Of a stretch of DNA of 28,610 nt, positions 18,498-27,567 are shown one piece after another (the first letter of the stretch is position 1; each line of letters opens with the position of its first letter). Below the pieces are notes generated by a model, which saw only the letters and a program-made list of their open reading frames with translations, did no database searches and was not told where the DNA came from. Origin of the DNA: Terrimicrobiaceae bacterium (GTDB lineage: Bacteria; Verrucomicrobiota; Verrucomicrobiia; Chthoniobacterales; Terrimicrobiaceae); NCBI GenBank assembly GCA_041752695.1, contig JBGSVZ010000069.1, positions 1 through 28,610 of the forward strand, written 5' to 3'. A program made the translations under genes and the position numbers.

Positions 18498-19666
18498 GCG
18501 CCGTTTCTCATAAAAAGTCGGCGAGTCAAGACCCGGCCGTCCTTGCGACTCCAGAATACCACCAGTTCATTGAGGGTCTAAAATCCCGCGTCGTAGCTGC
18601 TCGAATTTCCGCGGCTCGTGCGGTCAACTCCGAACTCATTCTGCTCTATTGGGAGATCGGAAAGGGGATTGTCGAGAAGCAGGAGGCATTCGGCTGGGGA
18701 GAATCTGTTCTTGAGATGGTGGCTGCGGATTTGCGGCGAGCATTTCCCGATGTGAAAGGCTTCTCGCCTCAAAACGTTTGGCGAATGCGGCAGTTCTATC
18801 TCATTCATATTCACGAGCAATTTCTCTCACAGGTTGTGCGAGAATTGAAAAAGGCTGGTCGAGCAGCCCCCGCAGATCTCTCACAGGTTGTGAGAGAACT
18901 CGTTTCGGCCGTGCCGTGGGGGCATCACGCAAACATCCTCGCGAAAATCTCCGAGCCCGCCACCCGGCTCTACTATCTCAATGCCACAGCCCGCTTCGGC
19001 TGGTCCCGTAACGTCCTACTAAACCAGATCAAGGCCCGAGCCTACGAACGGTCCGTCACCAACAAAAAGTCTCACAACTTCGGCCTCGCCATGCCGGAGC
19101 ACCTCGCGGAGCAAGCCGATGAAATCCTCAAAAGTTCCTACAGTCTGGAATTTCTGGGCATCCGCGGCGCAGTGCGGGAAAAGGAACTGGAGGACCGCCT
19201 TATCAGCCGCCTGCAGGCCTTTCTTTTGGAGCTTGGCTACGGCTTCTGCTTTGTCGGCCGCCAATACCGTATCGCGGCCGGAAAGAAGGAATACTTCATC
19301 GACCTCCTTTTCTACCATCGCTTCCTCAAGGCTCTCGTCGCTTTCGATCTGAAGGTCGGTGCCTTCGAACCGGAGTTTGCCGGCAAGATGGATTTCTATC
19401 TCAATATTCTCAACGACAAGGAGCGCGGCCCGGAGGACCTGCCCTCCATCGGTATCATCCTGTGTGCGGAAAAAGACGACATCGAGGTCGAATACGCTCT
19501 CCGCAGCAAGTCCAACCCCATTGGCGTCGCCACCTATCAACTGCAGTCGAAGCTCCCGGGCGAACTGAAGGGAAAACTCCCCACCGCAAAGCAACTCTCG
19601 GACATCGTCAAGGCCGAATTGGCCGCCGAGCCGAAACGCGAAACCCGCATGCTCCGGCAACCATGA
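18494..19666 (+). CDS. YhcG/DUF1016 family PD-(D/E)xK nuclease-like protein
   Basis: AVNSELILLYWEIG, GFSPQNVWRMRQFY, FLLELGYGFCFVGRQ, IDLLFYH, DLK and GKMDFYL. Confidence 0.93.
   Translation: MSAVSHKKSASQDPAVLATPEYHQFIEGLKSRVVAARISAARAVNSELILLYWEIGKGIVEKQEAFGWGESVLEMVAADLRRAFPDVKGFSPQNVWRMRQFYLIHIHEQFLSQVVRELKKAGRAAPADLSQVVRELVSAVPWGHHANILAKISEPATRLYYLNATARFGWSRNVLLNQIKARAYERSVTNKKSHNFGLAMPEHLAEQADEILKSSYSLEFLGIRGAVREKELEDRLISRLQAFLLELGYGFCFVGRQYRIAAGKKEYFIDLLFYHRFLKALVAFDLKVGAFEPEFAGKMDFYLNILNDKERGPEDLPSIGIILCAEKDDIEVEYALRSKSNPIGVATYQLQSKLPGELKGKLPTAKQLSDIVKAELAAEPKRETRMLRQP
18823..18898. repeat. Two 22-bp palindromic direct repeats inside yhcG
   Basis: TCTCTCACAGGTTGTG(C/A)GAGAA at 18823-18844 and 18877-18898 (54-bp period). 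Each encodes LSQVVRE and is itself an inverted repeat around GGT. Confidence 0.85.
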
Positions 19667-19742
19667 TGATCAACCTTTCTCCTCGCATCCGGCATCCCAG
19701 CCAAAAAAATCGAATTATAGCCCGTTTAGGAGTGCCACTATT

Positions 19743-20747
19743 ATGAGTGAAACATCAATAATCCAGCAGGCATGGGTTCATCGGACCTCGCCCAGCGGTG
19801 TCGACCAACTTCAGAATATCTGCCTGCCTAACGACATTATAGTCACAGGGTGGTCAGGTGCTGAGGGCCTTGAAAAAATTTCTGATTGGTATGAGATGCG
19901 GGAAATCCTTAAGGACTATTGCTATACGGACGATGAAACTTACCATCGTGCCGGCGGAGCCACTGCATCCATGTGGAAATTTTTGCAAGATATGGCGATT
20001 GGCGACTACGTGGTCGTGCCACATTGGGGAGGCGTCTTTTACATTGCCGAGATCACCGGCGATGCCTATGTCGATGGATCCGCCGAGGCCTACGATGCAG
20101 ATTCCATTTATCGCAGGTCCGTCAGATGGCTAAACAACAAGCAACCGATCCCTCGGAATTTTGCTAAATCGGGCCTTCGTTCACGAATGAAGATCCGGCA
20201 AACTACCGCGTATGCAGGTGAGCTTGTTTCGGAAATCGCGCGAGTGCTAAGCCTGGTTGCATCTGGGGGAGACGCGCAGGAGAAAACACTTTTCTTCGAC
20301 GAATTGCGTCAAAAGCTCGTAGCTGCAACTCTCGCTGAGATACAATCTGGGTACATGGACGAGAGAAAGTTTGAGCTCCTTGTTGCAGAGGTTTTTCAAG
20401 GGATGGGCGCGAAAGGCTGTGAAGTAATACCTCGTCAGAATGACGCTGGAGTTGACGTAAGGGCTGAGTTTCTGATCGGCCCTACGGAAATTGTCATCGG
20501 CGCCCAAGCTAAGTGGCACAAAGGCAAGACTGAAGCGCATTGGCTTGATCATTTTGTGGACGGGCTTAAGGCTGATGGGATCGATACGGGATGGTTTATT
20601 ACTTCTGCGGAATTCTCGGAAGACTTCGAGACCCGCGCCGAGGAGCTTTCCAAAGCAACCGGTAAACAGATCCATGCCATTTCAGGCAGTGAGTTTGCTG
20701 CAATGGTGGTGGACTACAGCATGTCTGAGAAAAATATTCGGCGATGA
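19743..20747 (+). CDS. Mrr-like restriction endonuclease with N-terminal EVE/PUA-like domain
   Basis: N-terminal TGWS...FLQDMAIGDYVVVP...RRSVRW. C-terminal FELLVAEVFQGMG...DAGVD...AQAK...FITSAEFS (Mrr_cat D..QxK). Confidence 0.82.
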   Translation: MSETSIIQQAWVHRTSPSGVDQLQNICLPNDIIVTGWSGAEGLEKISDWYEMREILKDYCYTDDETYHRAGGATASMWKFLQDMAIGDYVVVPHWGGVFYIAEITGDAYVDGSAEAYDADSIYRRSVRWLNNKQPIPRNFAKSGLRSRMKIRQTTAYAGELVSEIARVLSLVASGGDAQEKTLFFDELRQKLVAATLAEIQSGYMDERKFELLVAEVFQGMGAKGCEVIPRQNDAGVDVRAEFLIGPTEIVIGAQAKWHKGKTEAHWLDHFVDGLKADGIDTGWFITSAEFSEDFETRAEELSKATGKQIHAISGSEFAAMVVDYSMSEKNIRR

Positions 20748-20845
20748 GTGCGTTCCGAACAGAATATACTCGCGTGCCAAGACCTGTGGAACCCGAGGGT
20801 TGCCCCGCAACCTGACTAAAAACGATCCGATGAGTTTCGCAATAA

Positions 20846-21037
20846 ATGAAAAAAACCGTATTATTTGAAAAGGAACGGGACACGAAAAATACCGTTGTTT
20901 TCACGGAAAAACCGGAGCCTGGAAATCCTCCAATTATTGGAACGATCTATTTTCAGAAATGGTTCGTTGCCGATCGTGCAAAAGTCATGATCACTCTTGA
21001 ATTTAGCGAAACCAATAGCGGGTCCATGCAGATCTGA
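20846..21037 (+). CDS. Small hypothetical protein (63 aa)
   Basis: Co-oriented ORF ending 8 bp before the helicase start, with a beta-rich, protein-like FEKERDTKNTVVF...IGTIYFQKW sequence. Confidence 0.55.
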   Translation: MKKTVLFEKERDTKNTVVFTEKPEPGNPPIIGTIYFQKWFVADRAKVMITLEFSETNSGSMQI

Positions 21038-21045
21038 GTAAGCTC

Positions 21046-23163
21046 ATGGGATTGCGTGACAACAGCCCGGCCTTGGCAATCTGCTACCGAACCGGTCGAG
21101 GAGACATGGTGAAAGATCTTTTCGTGCCTTGTCTGGAGCAATCTGTCCTCTACCGGAGGGCTGCCGGGTATTTCACCAGCTTCGGGTTGAGCCTGGCTGC
21201 GCGGGGTGTGGCGAGTCTGGCGTCGCGCAAGGGAATGATGAGGCTCGTTGCCTCACCTCATCTGGAACCGGGGGATGTCGAGGCTTTACAGGCCGCCTCG
21301 GAACGGCCACACGATGTTCTCAGGAGCATCGTTGCCAGGAACATGGGCGAGATCGAAGACGCAATTCTCAAGGATCGGCTCAATGCTCTCGCTTGGCTTG
21401 CGGCCTCAGGTTGTCTTGAGATCCGGCTTGCTTTGAGACTTGATGAAGATGGGCGTTTTGGCCGGGGCCTCTTTCACGAGAAGACCGGGATTTTTACCGA
21501 TGAGGATAACGATCACGTAGCCTTCTCCGGCTCGTCGAATGAGACGGCCGGTGGTTTGGTGGAGAACTTCGAAAGTGTCGATGTCTTTCGCTCGTGGAAT
21601 GACCCGGATGGACGGGTCATCCAGAAAATCGCCGATTTCGATGCGCTCTGGGAAAACAACACCCCCGGTCTTCATGTGATTCACTTCACGGAGGCAGGCA
21701 GCGAGCTGCTGGAATACTTCCGCGACCCCAATCGTCCACCCCCGGGGTTCCTACAGAGCGGCGTGCGTGAAGGAGGGCCTAAAAGAAAATTTGAGCCTCC
21801 CGCTGGCTTTGATCTCAGACCGTATCAGGGCGATGCCATCCGGGAATGGAGCCGCGCTGGCGGCAAGGGCATCCTTGCCATGGCCACCGGATCGGGAAAA
21901 ACCCTCACCGCCCTCTACCTGGCCAGCAAGGTCGCGGCGAAAAACAGCCCACTCGTTCTGGTCGTTGTCTGTCCCTACATCAACCTCTGCAAACAATGGC
22001 TTCGGGAAATGGCTCCTTTCGGTTTGCGCCCCGTCGCCTGCTACGAAGGTCGCCAGCGCTGGGAGACGCAGCTTGAGGAAGGCTACCAACTGCTCACCAC
22101 AGGACTTTCCAAGGTTCATGCCATCGTGACCACAAACGCCACTTTCCAGAGCGATGTCTTCCAGTCCCGGATTCGGACGCGGGTCGGTTCATTCCACCAT
22201 TTGCTGATCGCTGACGAATGTCATAACCTCGGAGCCGAGAGCATTCAGAAATCCCTGCCGGAGGAGATCCAGCTTCGTCTTGGACTCTCCGCTACCCCGG
22301 AACGCCATCACGATCCGGTCGGCACAGCGGCCATCGTCGACTATTTTGGCGGCGTGGTTTACGAGTTCCCTTTGGCTCGCGCCATCGCCGACGGTCGGCT
22401 TTGTTCCTATCGCTATCACCCGCACATTGTCTCACTCACCGAAGACGAGACCGAGGAATACGCGGAAATCACCGCCAAGCTCGGGCGCATGATGGGGGGA
22501 AGGGAAAAGGATAGCGAGATCGGCCAGGCCGCCATGCGTCTGTTGATCCGGCGCTCTCGCCTGGTGGCCAGTGCCCAGAACAAACTCGATGTTCTTGATC
22601 AGGTGATTTCTTCCCTCCCGGAACGCCCAAAGAAAGCTCTCTTCTACTGCGGCGACGGCCGGACCACCGACACCATTGCCGACGAGGAAGTCCGGCAGAT
22701 TCAGGCGGTCTCCCGGCTGCTGGGAGAAAAGCACGGCCTCAAGGTCCGGAACTTCACCTTCCGGGAAAGCACCGAGGAGCGGGAGGAAATCCTCCGGGAT
22801 CTCGCCAGTGGTTTCTTGGATGGCGTGGTCGCCATCCGCTGTCTCGACGAAGGCATCGACGTGCCCGACCTCCGCATGGGCTTTCTGCTCGCCAGCTCGA
22901 CCAATCCGCGGCAATTTGTGCAGCGTCGTGGTCGTCTGCTGCGGCATTCACCCGGCAAGAAACGCGCCATCATCCATGACTTCATCATCCAACCTCCCGA
23001 CTTCGGCGGCACTCTCGATGACGAGGCCTTTAACTTGGAACGGAGCTTCTTTCAGCGCGAACTCAAGCGCATTACGGAGTTCTGCCAGACCGGGGAAAAC
23101 GGGCCGGAGGCGATGAGTTTACTCCGCGAGCTTCGTTTAAGCTACAACCTGATTGCTCAATAG
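21046..23163 (+). CDS. PLD(HKD)-nuclease + SF2 DEXH helicase (Dnd-associated restriction enzyme-like)
   Basis: HEKTGIFTD...SGSSNET PLD motif, then MATGSGKT, ADECH, LSATPER, LDEGIDVP and QRRGRLLR. Confidence 0.9.
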   Translation: MGLRDNSPALAICYRTGRGDMVKDLFVPCLEQSVLYRRAAGYFTSFGLSLAARGVASLASRKGMMRLVASPHLEPGDVEALQAASERPHDVLRSIVARNMGEIEDAILKDRLNALAWLAASGCLEIRLALRLDEDGRFGRGLFHEKTGIFTDEDNDHVAFSGSSNETAGGLVENFESVDVFRSWNDPDGRVIQKIADFDALWENNTPGLHVIHFTEAGSELLEYFRDPNRPPPGFLQSGVREGGPKRKFEPPAGFDLRPYQGDAIREWSRAGGKGILAMATGSGKTLTALYLASKVAAKNSPLVLVVVCPYINLCKQWLREMAPFGLRPVACYEGRQRWETQLEEGYQLLTTGLSKVHAIVTTNATFQSDVFQSRIRTRVGSFHHLLIADECHNLGAESIQKSLPEEIQLRLGLSATPERHHDPVGTAAIVDYFGGVVYEFPLARAIADGRLCSYRYHPHIVSLTEDETEEYAEITAKLGRMMGGREKDSEIGQAAMRLLIRRSRLVASAQNKLDVLDQVISSLPERPKKALFYCGDGRTTDTIADEEVRQIQAVSRLLGEKHGLKVRNFTFRESTEEREEILRDLASGFLDGVVAIRCLDEGIDVPDLRMGFLLASSTNPRQFVQRRGRLLRHSPGKKRAIIHDFIIQPPDFGGTLDDEAFNLERSFFQRELKRITEFCQTGENGPEAMSLLRELRLSYNLIAQ

Positions 23164-23221
23164 CATACGGAATGGAACATGACCGCCCTTACTGAAAAAA
23201 CTGATAGAGTATTCACTTAAA

Positions 23222-23401
23222 ATGAGCAGCGAGCCAGCAACGCCCCAAACCCGCGCCAAGCAGATCTTTAGCAAGGCGAGTCCCGAGCACCAGGCGCTCA
23301 TCCGCGACATCCTGCGCGAGGAACGCGAGGTGCTCAACATGAAGCGCCGTGCCGACATTCACACCCGTCTTTACGAACACGTCCGCCGCCTTATCAAATG
23401 A
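23222..23401 (+). CDS. 59-aa helical small protein of the SMC-ATPase module (absent from ORF track)
   Basis: Hand translation MSSEPATPQTRAKQIFSKASPEHQALIRDILREEREVLNMKRRADIHTRLYEHVRRLIK. Its TGA overlaps the ATG of the ATPase (ATGA) and its codon usage is host-like. Confidence 0.8.
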   Translation: MSSEPATPQTRAKQIFSKASPEHQALIRDILREEREVLNMKRRADIHTRLYEHVRRLIK

Positions 23402-25482
23402 TTCTGGAACGCATCGCCCTCGACAATTTCCGCCAGTTCAAAGGTCGGCAGGAGATCATCTTTTCCGAAATTCGAGATCGGAATGTCACTCTGATACACG
23501 CCGAGAACGGTTTCGGCAAGACCACCTTGCTGAATGCCCTCCTCTGGGCATTGTACGGCGCGGATGGTTTCACGGAGGACTTTGAAAAGCCAGACAGCCT
23601 GATTCACGAGGGTCTGGCACATCATGCCAAGGACCGGACCCGGTTGTCGGCCAGCGTGGAGCTAACCTTCAATCACGACAGCGACCGCTACATTCTCACC
23701 CGCGAGCTGACTCTGGCCGAGCAACTGAACGATCCGAAGCGGGCGCGCCTGAGTCTTCAGGTGATGCGGGATGGTCAGACCATTCCCTTGGACAATCCGC
23801 AACGCCGCATCCAGGCGATTGTGCCGGATGGTATTTCGAAATTCTTATTCTTCAACGGTGAGAGGATCGACCATTTGGCAATGGAGAAGAACAGCTCGGA
23901 AGTCACCGCCGCGATCCACCAGATGCTTGGTCTAAAATTGCTGCGCACCACGATCGAGGATCTCCAGCACAACAATGTGCGAGGCAAGTTTCTCAGGGAG
24001 TTGAAGGAGAACACTAGCGACGAAAAGCGGGATCTGCTCGCCGCCTTGGAAAGCAGCGAGGGAAAGGTTAGGGATATTGAGGAAGCTCGGAAACAGGCCG
24101 ACGCAAATATTGAAGCAATCAAGAAGGAAATTGCTGGCATCGATGCCAAGCTCGACGCCAACCGTGAGGCTCATGAATTGCAGGCAAAGCGGGTCCGGCT
24201 GTTGGATGAGCTGAAGGAATTCGGAGCCAAGCGCGACGATGTGGTTCGGCGGCTTTCGAAGCTTGTGGCCGAGGATGGCTACACCTTGTTCACCGGGGAT
24301 CTGGTGAGACGCGGAACCGAAATCATGCGTGACCTGCGGGATCGCAACATGATTCCGGCTCCGGTGATCGATAGTTATCTCCAAGAGTTGCTGGATTCCG
24401 GGCTGTGCATTTGCGACCGACATTTGCCGCCCGGAAGCGAGGAGTATGAGGCGGTCAAAAAGCGGTTGTCTGCTGCGCCCAACCAGGACTTCAACAATGC
24501 GGTGAGCGCGATTGATCATGCCATCGGATTGTTGCAGGGCGTTTCCCAGCAGACCCGTGACCAGCTCCGGCAACTCAACACCGAGCGTCTGGAACTCCAG
24601 AATGAAATCCGCAACCGCGAAGAGGAGGAGGCCGAGATCCATCAGATTCTGGGCGGAAAAGCGGATGAAGAGGTCCAGAGCCTGGAAGCCGCTCGCAAGC
24701 GGCACCTGCTCGAAAAGGAGGCCCAACACGCAAAGCTTGGCGGACTCGACAGGGATTTGGAATCCGAGAAAGAAACCATCGAGCGCCTGACCACCCAGAT
24801 CAAGGCGATCTCCGACCAAGAGGAGAACGCCGCCCGGGCTCAGCGCCGGGTGGATGCGGTGGAGGAATGCACCCGCGTGATGCAGGCCATCCTGGAAGCG
24901 GAAACCGAGGAATTGCGGCCGATCCTCAACGATGAGATCGATACCCATTTCCGCAAGATCATCGACCGCGAATATTGGGCCGAACTGAGTCCGTCCTACG
25001 CCCTTCGCATCCGGAAGCGTGTTCCCGGCCTTGAGGAGGGCGAGGTGGTAGCGGAGATCGACGTAGCACTCAGCACCGGCCAGCGGCAGGTGACCTCACT
25101 CGTCTTCATCGCCAGCCTGCTTTCATTGGCCCGCCGCCGATCCGAGATTCCGACGATTCTCAAAGGTCTCTCCGGCAGCGAATATCCACTGGTGACCGAC
25201 TCTCCCTTCGGACAACTCAGCATCTTCCGCTGGGGCGTCGCAAAGTGGGTGCCCGATCTTGCGCCGCAAGTGGTTCTCCTTGTTAGCCCTAAACAGTTCG
25301 ATGGGGATGTGGCCGACGCCCTCCGCGAAACTGGAAGGATCGGCAGGCGATACTATCTTGCCTATCACGGCCCCTCGATGCCGGACCGGGCACAGCCCCA
25401 ACTGGTCGTCGATGGGCAAACCGTTCAACAGTATTTCCAAAGCAACGAGGAATTCACCCAAATCAGGGAGTTTGAGTCATGA
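23398..25482 (+). CDS. DndD-like SMC/Rad50-type ABC ATPase with CxC zinc hook
   Basis: NFRQF, AENGFGKTT Walker A, FLFFNGE Q-loop region, coiled coils flanking CIC, LSTGQ signature and LVTDSPFG Walker B. Confidence 0.9.
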   Translation: MILERIALDNFRQFKGRQEIIFSEIRDRNVTLIHAENGFGKTTLLNALLWALYGADGFTEDFEKPDSLIHEGLAHHAKDRTRLSASVELTFNHDSDRYILTRELTLAEQLNDPKRARLSLQVMRDGQTIPLDNPQRRIQAIVPDGISKFLFFNGERIDHLAMEKNSSEVTAAIHQMLGLKLLRTTIEDLQHNNVRGKFLRELKENTSDEKRDLLAALESSEGKVRDIEEARKQADANIEAIKKEIAGIDAKLDANREAHELQAKRVRLLDELKEFGAKRDDVVRRLSKLVAEDGYTLFTGDLVRRGTEIMRDLRDRNMIPAPVIDSYLQELLDSGLCICDRHLPPGSEEYEAVKKRLSAAPNQDFNNAVSAIDHAIGLLQGVSQQTRDQLRQLNTERLELQNEIRNREEEEAEIHQILGGKADEEVQSLEAARKRHLLEKEAQHAKLGGLDRDLESEKETIERLTTQIKAISDQEENAARAQRRVDAVEECTRVMQAILEAETEELRPILNDEIDTHFRKIIDREYWAELSPSYALRIRKRVPGLEEGEVVAEIDVALSTGQRQVTSLVFIASLLSLARRRSEIPTILKGLSGSEYPLVTDSPFGQLSIFRWGVAKWVPDLAPQVVLLVSPKQFDGDVADALRETGRIGRRYYLAYHGPSMPDRAQPQLVVDGQTVQQYFQSNEEFTQIREFES

Positions 25483-25916
25483 GAAGAATCCAACGCGACG
25501 TTAAGCACGAAGACTTTATCAAGTCATTGACGACGGGCGATAACGCGATTTTTCGCGACATCTGGCGAGTCCTGCTTTTTGCTGCAGCTTTCGGTGTTTA
25601 CCTAGGCGGCAGAAAGCCAATTCAAAAGGCTGAAAGCAATAAAGCAATGCCTGAAACCTATTTCAGCACGCCGGGTTGGAGGGGATTTCTCTACTTGATC
25701 GGTTTTAACGAAAGTGACTCAAGCGACCATCTTAGAAAGGAAGAGGATCAAGAAAACAAATTGGTAACGGCGTTCGAGGAGTATGCAAATTTTGGCCTCG
25801 AAGAAATGCAATTAAAAGTCTCATCTCCTTCCTTGGCTCTTCCCGACCTAGTAGGGATTCTGCTTGATATCACGTCGAAGCGAGAATCTGCAGCTGACGT
25901 GAGCGACCTTATCTAA
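25479..25916 (+). CDS. DNA-phosphorothioation-associated protein 4-like (DndE-like partner)
   Basis: IFRDIWRVLLFAAAFG and FEEYANFGLE motifs; ATGA-coupled to the ATPase. Confidence 0.7.
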   Translation: MRRIQRDVKHEDFIKSLTTGDNAIFRDIWRVLLFAAAFGVYLGGRKPIQKAESNKAMPETYFSTPGWRGFLYLIGFNESDSSDHLRKEEDQENKLVTAFEEYANFGLEEMQLKVSSPSLALPDLVGILLDITSKRESAADVSDLI

Positions 25917-26027
25917 AATGTGTCAAAATCATAGTCGCCAAATACCTATCTTCTAATTAAGCAAGTCTCACAATCAGCTTACCATTTTATCAGTCGCATA
26001 AAAATTCCTAAACCATACCATACTACT

Positions 26028-26858
26028 ATGAACACAGCACAAATACGAGAGGTCAAAGAAATCCCACTGGCATCACTTGTCATCGGGAAAAACAATGTTC
26101 GCCTATCCGATGTAGGAAAAGACATTGATGAATTAGCAAACAGCATAAAAAAACTAGGGCTGCTTGAGCCGATTGTCGTTTGTCCGGCGGAGACACCCGG
26201 AAAGTATGAAATTCTTACCGGGCAACGTCGCTTTCTTGCTCATCAAAGACTTGGAAGAGAATCGATACTCGCTGCCGTTATTCCCGATCGAGTGGATGAA
26301 ACGACCGCGAAAGTAATTTCTCTTACCGAGAATCTTATGCGCCGCGACATGAATCGCAAAGATTTGATCACTGTTTGCACAGCGCTATACAAACAATATA
26401 CAACAATCAAAGACGTTGCTGACGAAACAGGACTGCCCGCGAGCACGGTTTCTCTGTATGTCAAATATGACCGTCTCAAGCCCGAGTTGAAAGAACTCGT
26501 CGATTCCGGAGAAGTTGGTATGAAAGAGGCACTTCGGGCTCAAGATGCAGCAATGACGACTGGAACTTACTTGCCGGAAGTAGCAACAAAATTAGCTAAA
26601 GAGCTTGGCGGCATGTCTGGAGCGCAACAAGAACGAGTAAAAAAGGAAATTAGGGAAAAAGGTCATGAATCGATAGACGACGTTATTGAAGCTGCAAAGA
26701 CCGGTGACAAAGTCATTCAAATTATTGTAACGATTGGTGCTAGAGAGAACAAGCTTCTTTCTGCTTTCGCCAATGACGAAGGAACGACTAAGGATGACGC
26801 CGCGCGCGCACTCATCGAGGAGGGCCTTTCACTCAAGGGATACGACCAAAGCATTTAA
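26028..26858 (+). CDS. ParB/Srx N-terminal domain protein with HTH
   Basis: ELANSIKKLGLLEPIVV, YEILTGQRRFLA (GxRR), SLTENLMR and HTH IKDVADETGLPASTVS. Confidence 0.88.
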   Translation: MNTAQIREVKEIPLASLVIGKNNVRLSDVGKDIDELANSIKKLGLLEPIVVCPAETPGKYEILTGQRRFLAHQRLGRESILAAVIPDRVDETTAKVISLTENLMRRDMNRKDLITVCTALYKQYTTIKDVADETGLPASTVSLYVKYDRLKPELKELVDSGEVGMKEALRAQDAAMTTGTYLPEVATKLAKELGGMSGAQQERVKKEIREKGHESIDDVIEAAKTGDKVIQIIVTIGARENKLLSAFANDEGTTKDDAARALIEEGLSLKGYDQSI

Positions 26859-26859
26859 C

Positions 26860-27567
26860 GTGAAACTTTTTGGGTTAGAGCCTGAGTCGTTCTCTCGGTT
26901 GATATTGTCTATAGGTAGTCACCGAGGAGTTCGGCCATTTACACCAGTTGAGGTTGCTGAGCACTTCAAGACAATGATCGACAATGGAGCAAGTCTCGAC
27001 GCGTGTGCGGAAGCAGTTCATCTTGATGGCACTGCCATGATTTCGCGGTTTCTCCGATTAAATCAATTACATGACAGTGTTAAATATCTGGTTGACTGGG
27101 GAGCATCCAAGGCGTCACTTGGATTTACTGCCGCACATGAAATTGCCAGGATACCCCAGTCTACTCATGAAGAGATAGTTAAGAAGATATTGAGGTTTGG
27201 ATTAAAGAGCAATGAAGTGAGGCAAATTGCTCAGCTGCACATCAGGTCCGGGCGCGCCGTCTCGGAATGCACAGATGAGGTAATTGGGATGCGCCCCCAG
27301 ATTGAAGTTCGGCACGTAGTTATTGGATCGATAACTCAAGAGGCTATTATACAAAGGCTCAAAGGACTGAGTCAGACTCAACGTAATTTATTATTCGCAA
27401 AAGCTTTGAGAGTTCTATTTGGTAAAACGATTGAGGTAACCGGAGGTCTTTCACCTAATCGTTTTACAATAGCCGGTGATCAAGGCTTCTCAAAGGCCTT
27501 CCAGCGACTTGGAGGAGATTTTGAGGAAATAATTACAGAAAAACTTGCAGCAATTCCATATGAATAG
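26860..27567 (+). CDS. Hypothetical protein with ParB/KorB-like HTH region but no ParB N-terminal domain
   Basis: TPVEVAEHF...SLDACAEAV...MISRFLRLNQL...V...V..G...LGFTAAHEIARI resembles the ParB central HTH. GTG start 1 bp after the parB stop. Confidence 0.6.
   Translation: MKLFGLEPESFSRLILSIGSHRGVRPFTPVEVAEHFKTMIDNGASLDACAEAVHLDGTAMISRFLRLNQLHDSVKYLVDWGASKASLGFTAAHEIARIPQSTHEEIVKKILRFGLKSNEVRQIAQLHIRSGRAVSECTDEVIGMRPQIEVRHVVIGSITQEAIIQRLKGLSQTQRNLLFAKALRVLFGKTIEVTGGLSPNRFTIAGDQGFSKAFQRLGGDFEEIITEKLAAIPYE

Noticed and set aside
18823..18898. Mini-CRISPR interpretation of the two palindromic repeats (32-bp spacer)
   Set aside because: Only two 22-bp units, in frame within an intact gene, with no leader or cas genes.
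23398..25916. Calling this a canonical dndBCDE phosphorothioation operon
   Set aside because: No dndB or dndC is present and the ATPase is of the CxC-hook type, so gene symbols were withheld.
26028..26858. Chromosome or plasmid partition locus
   Set aside because: No parA, rep gene or recognisable parS palindrome nearby.
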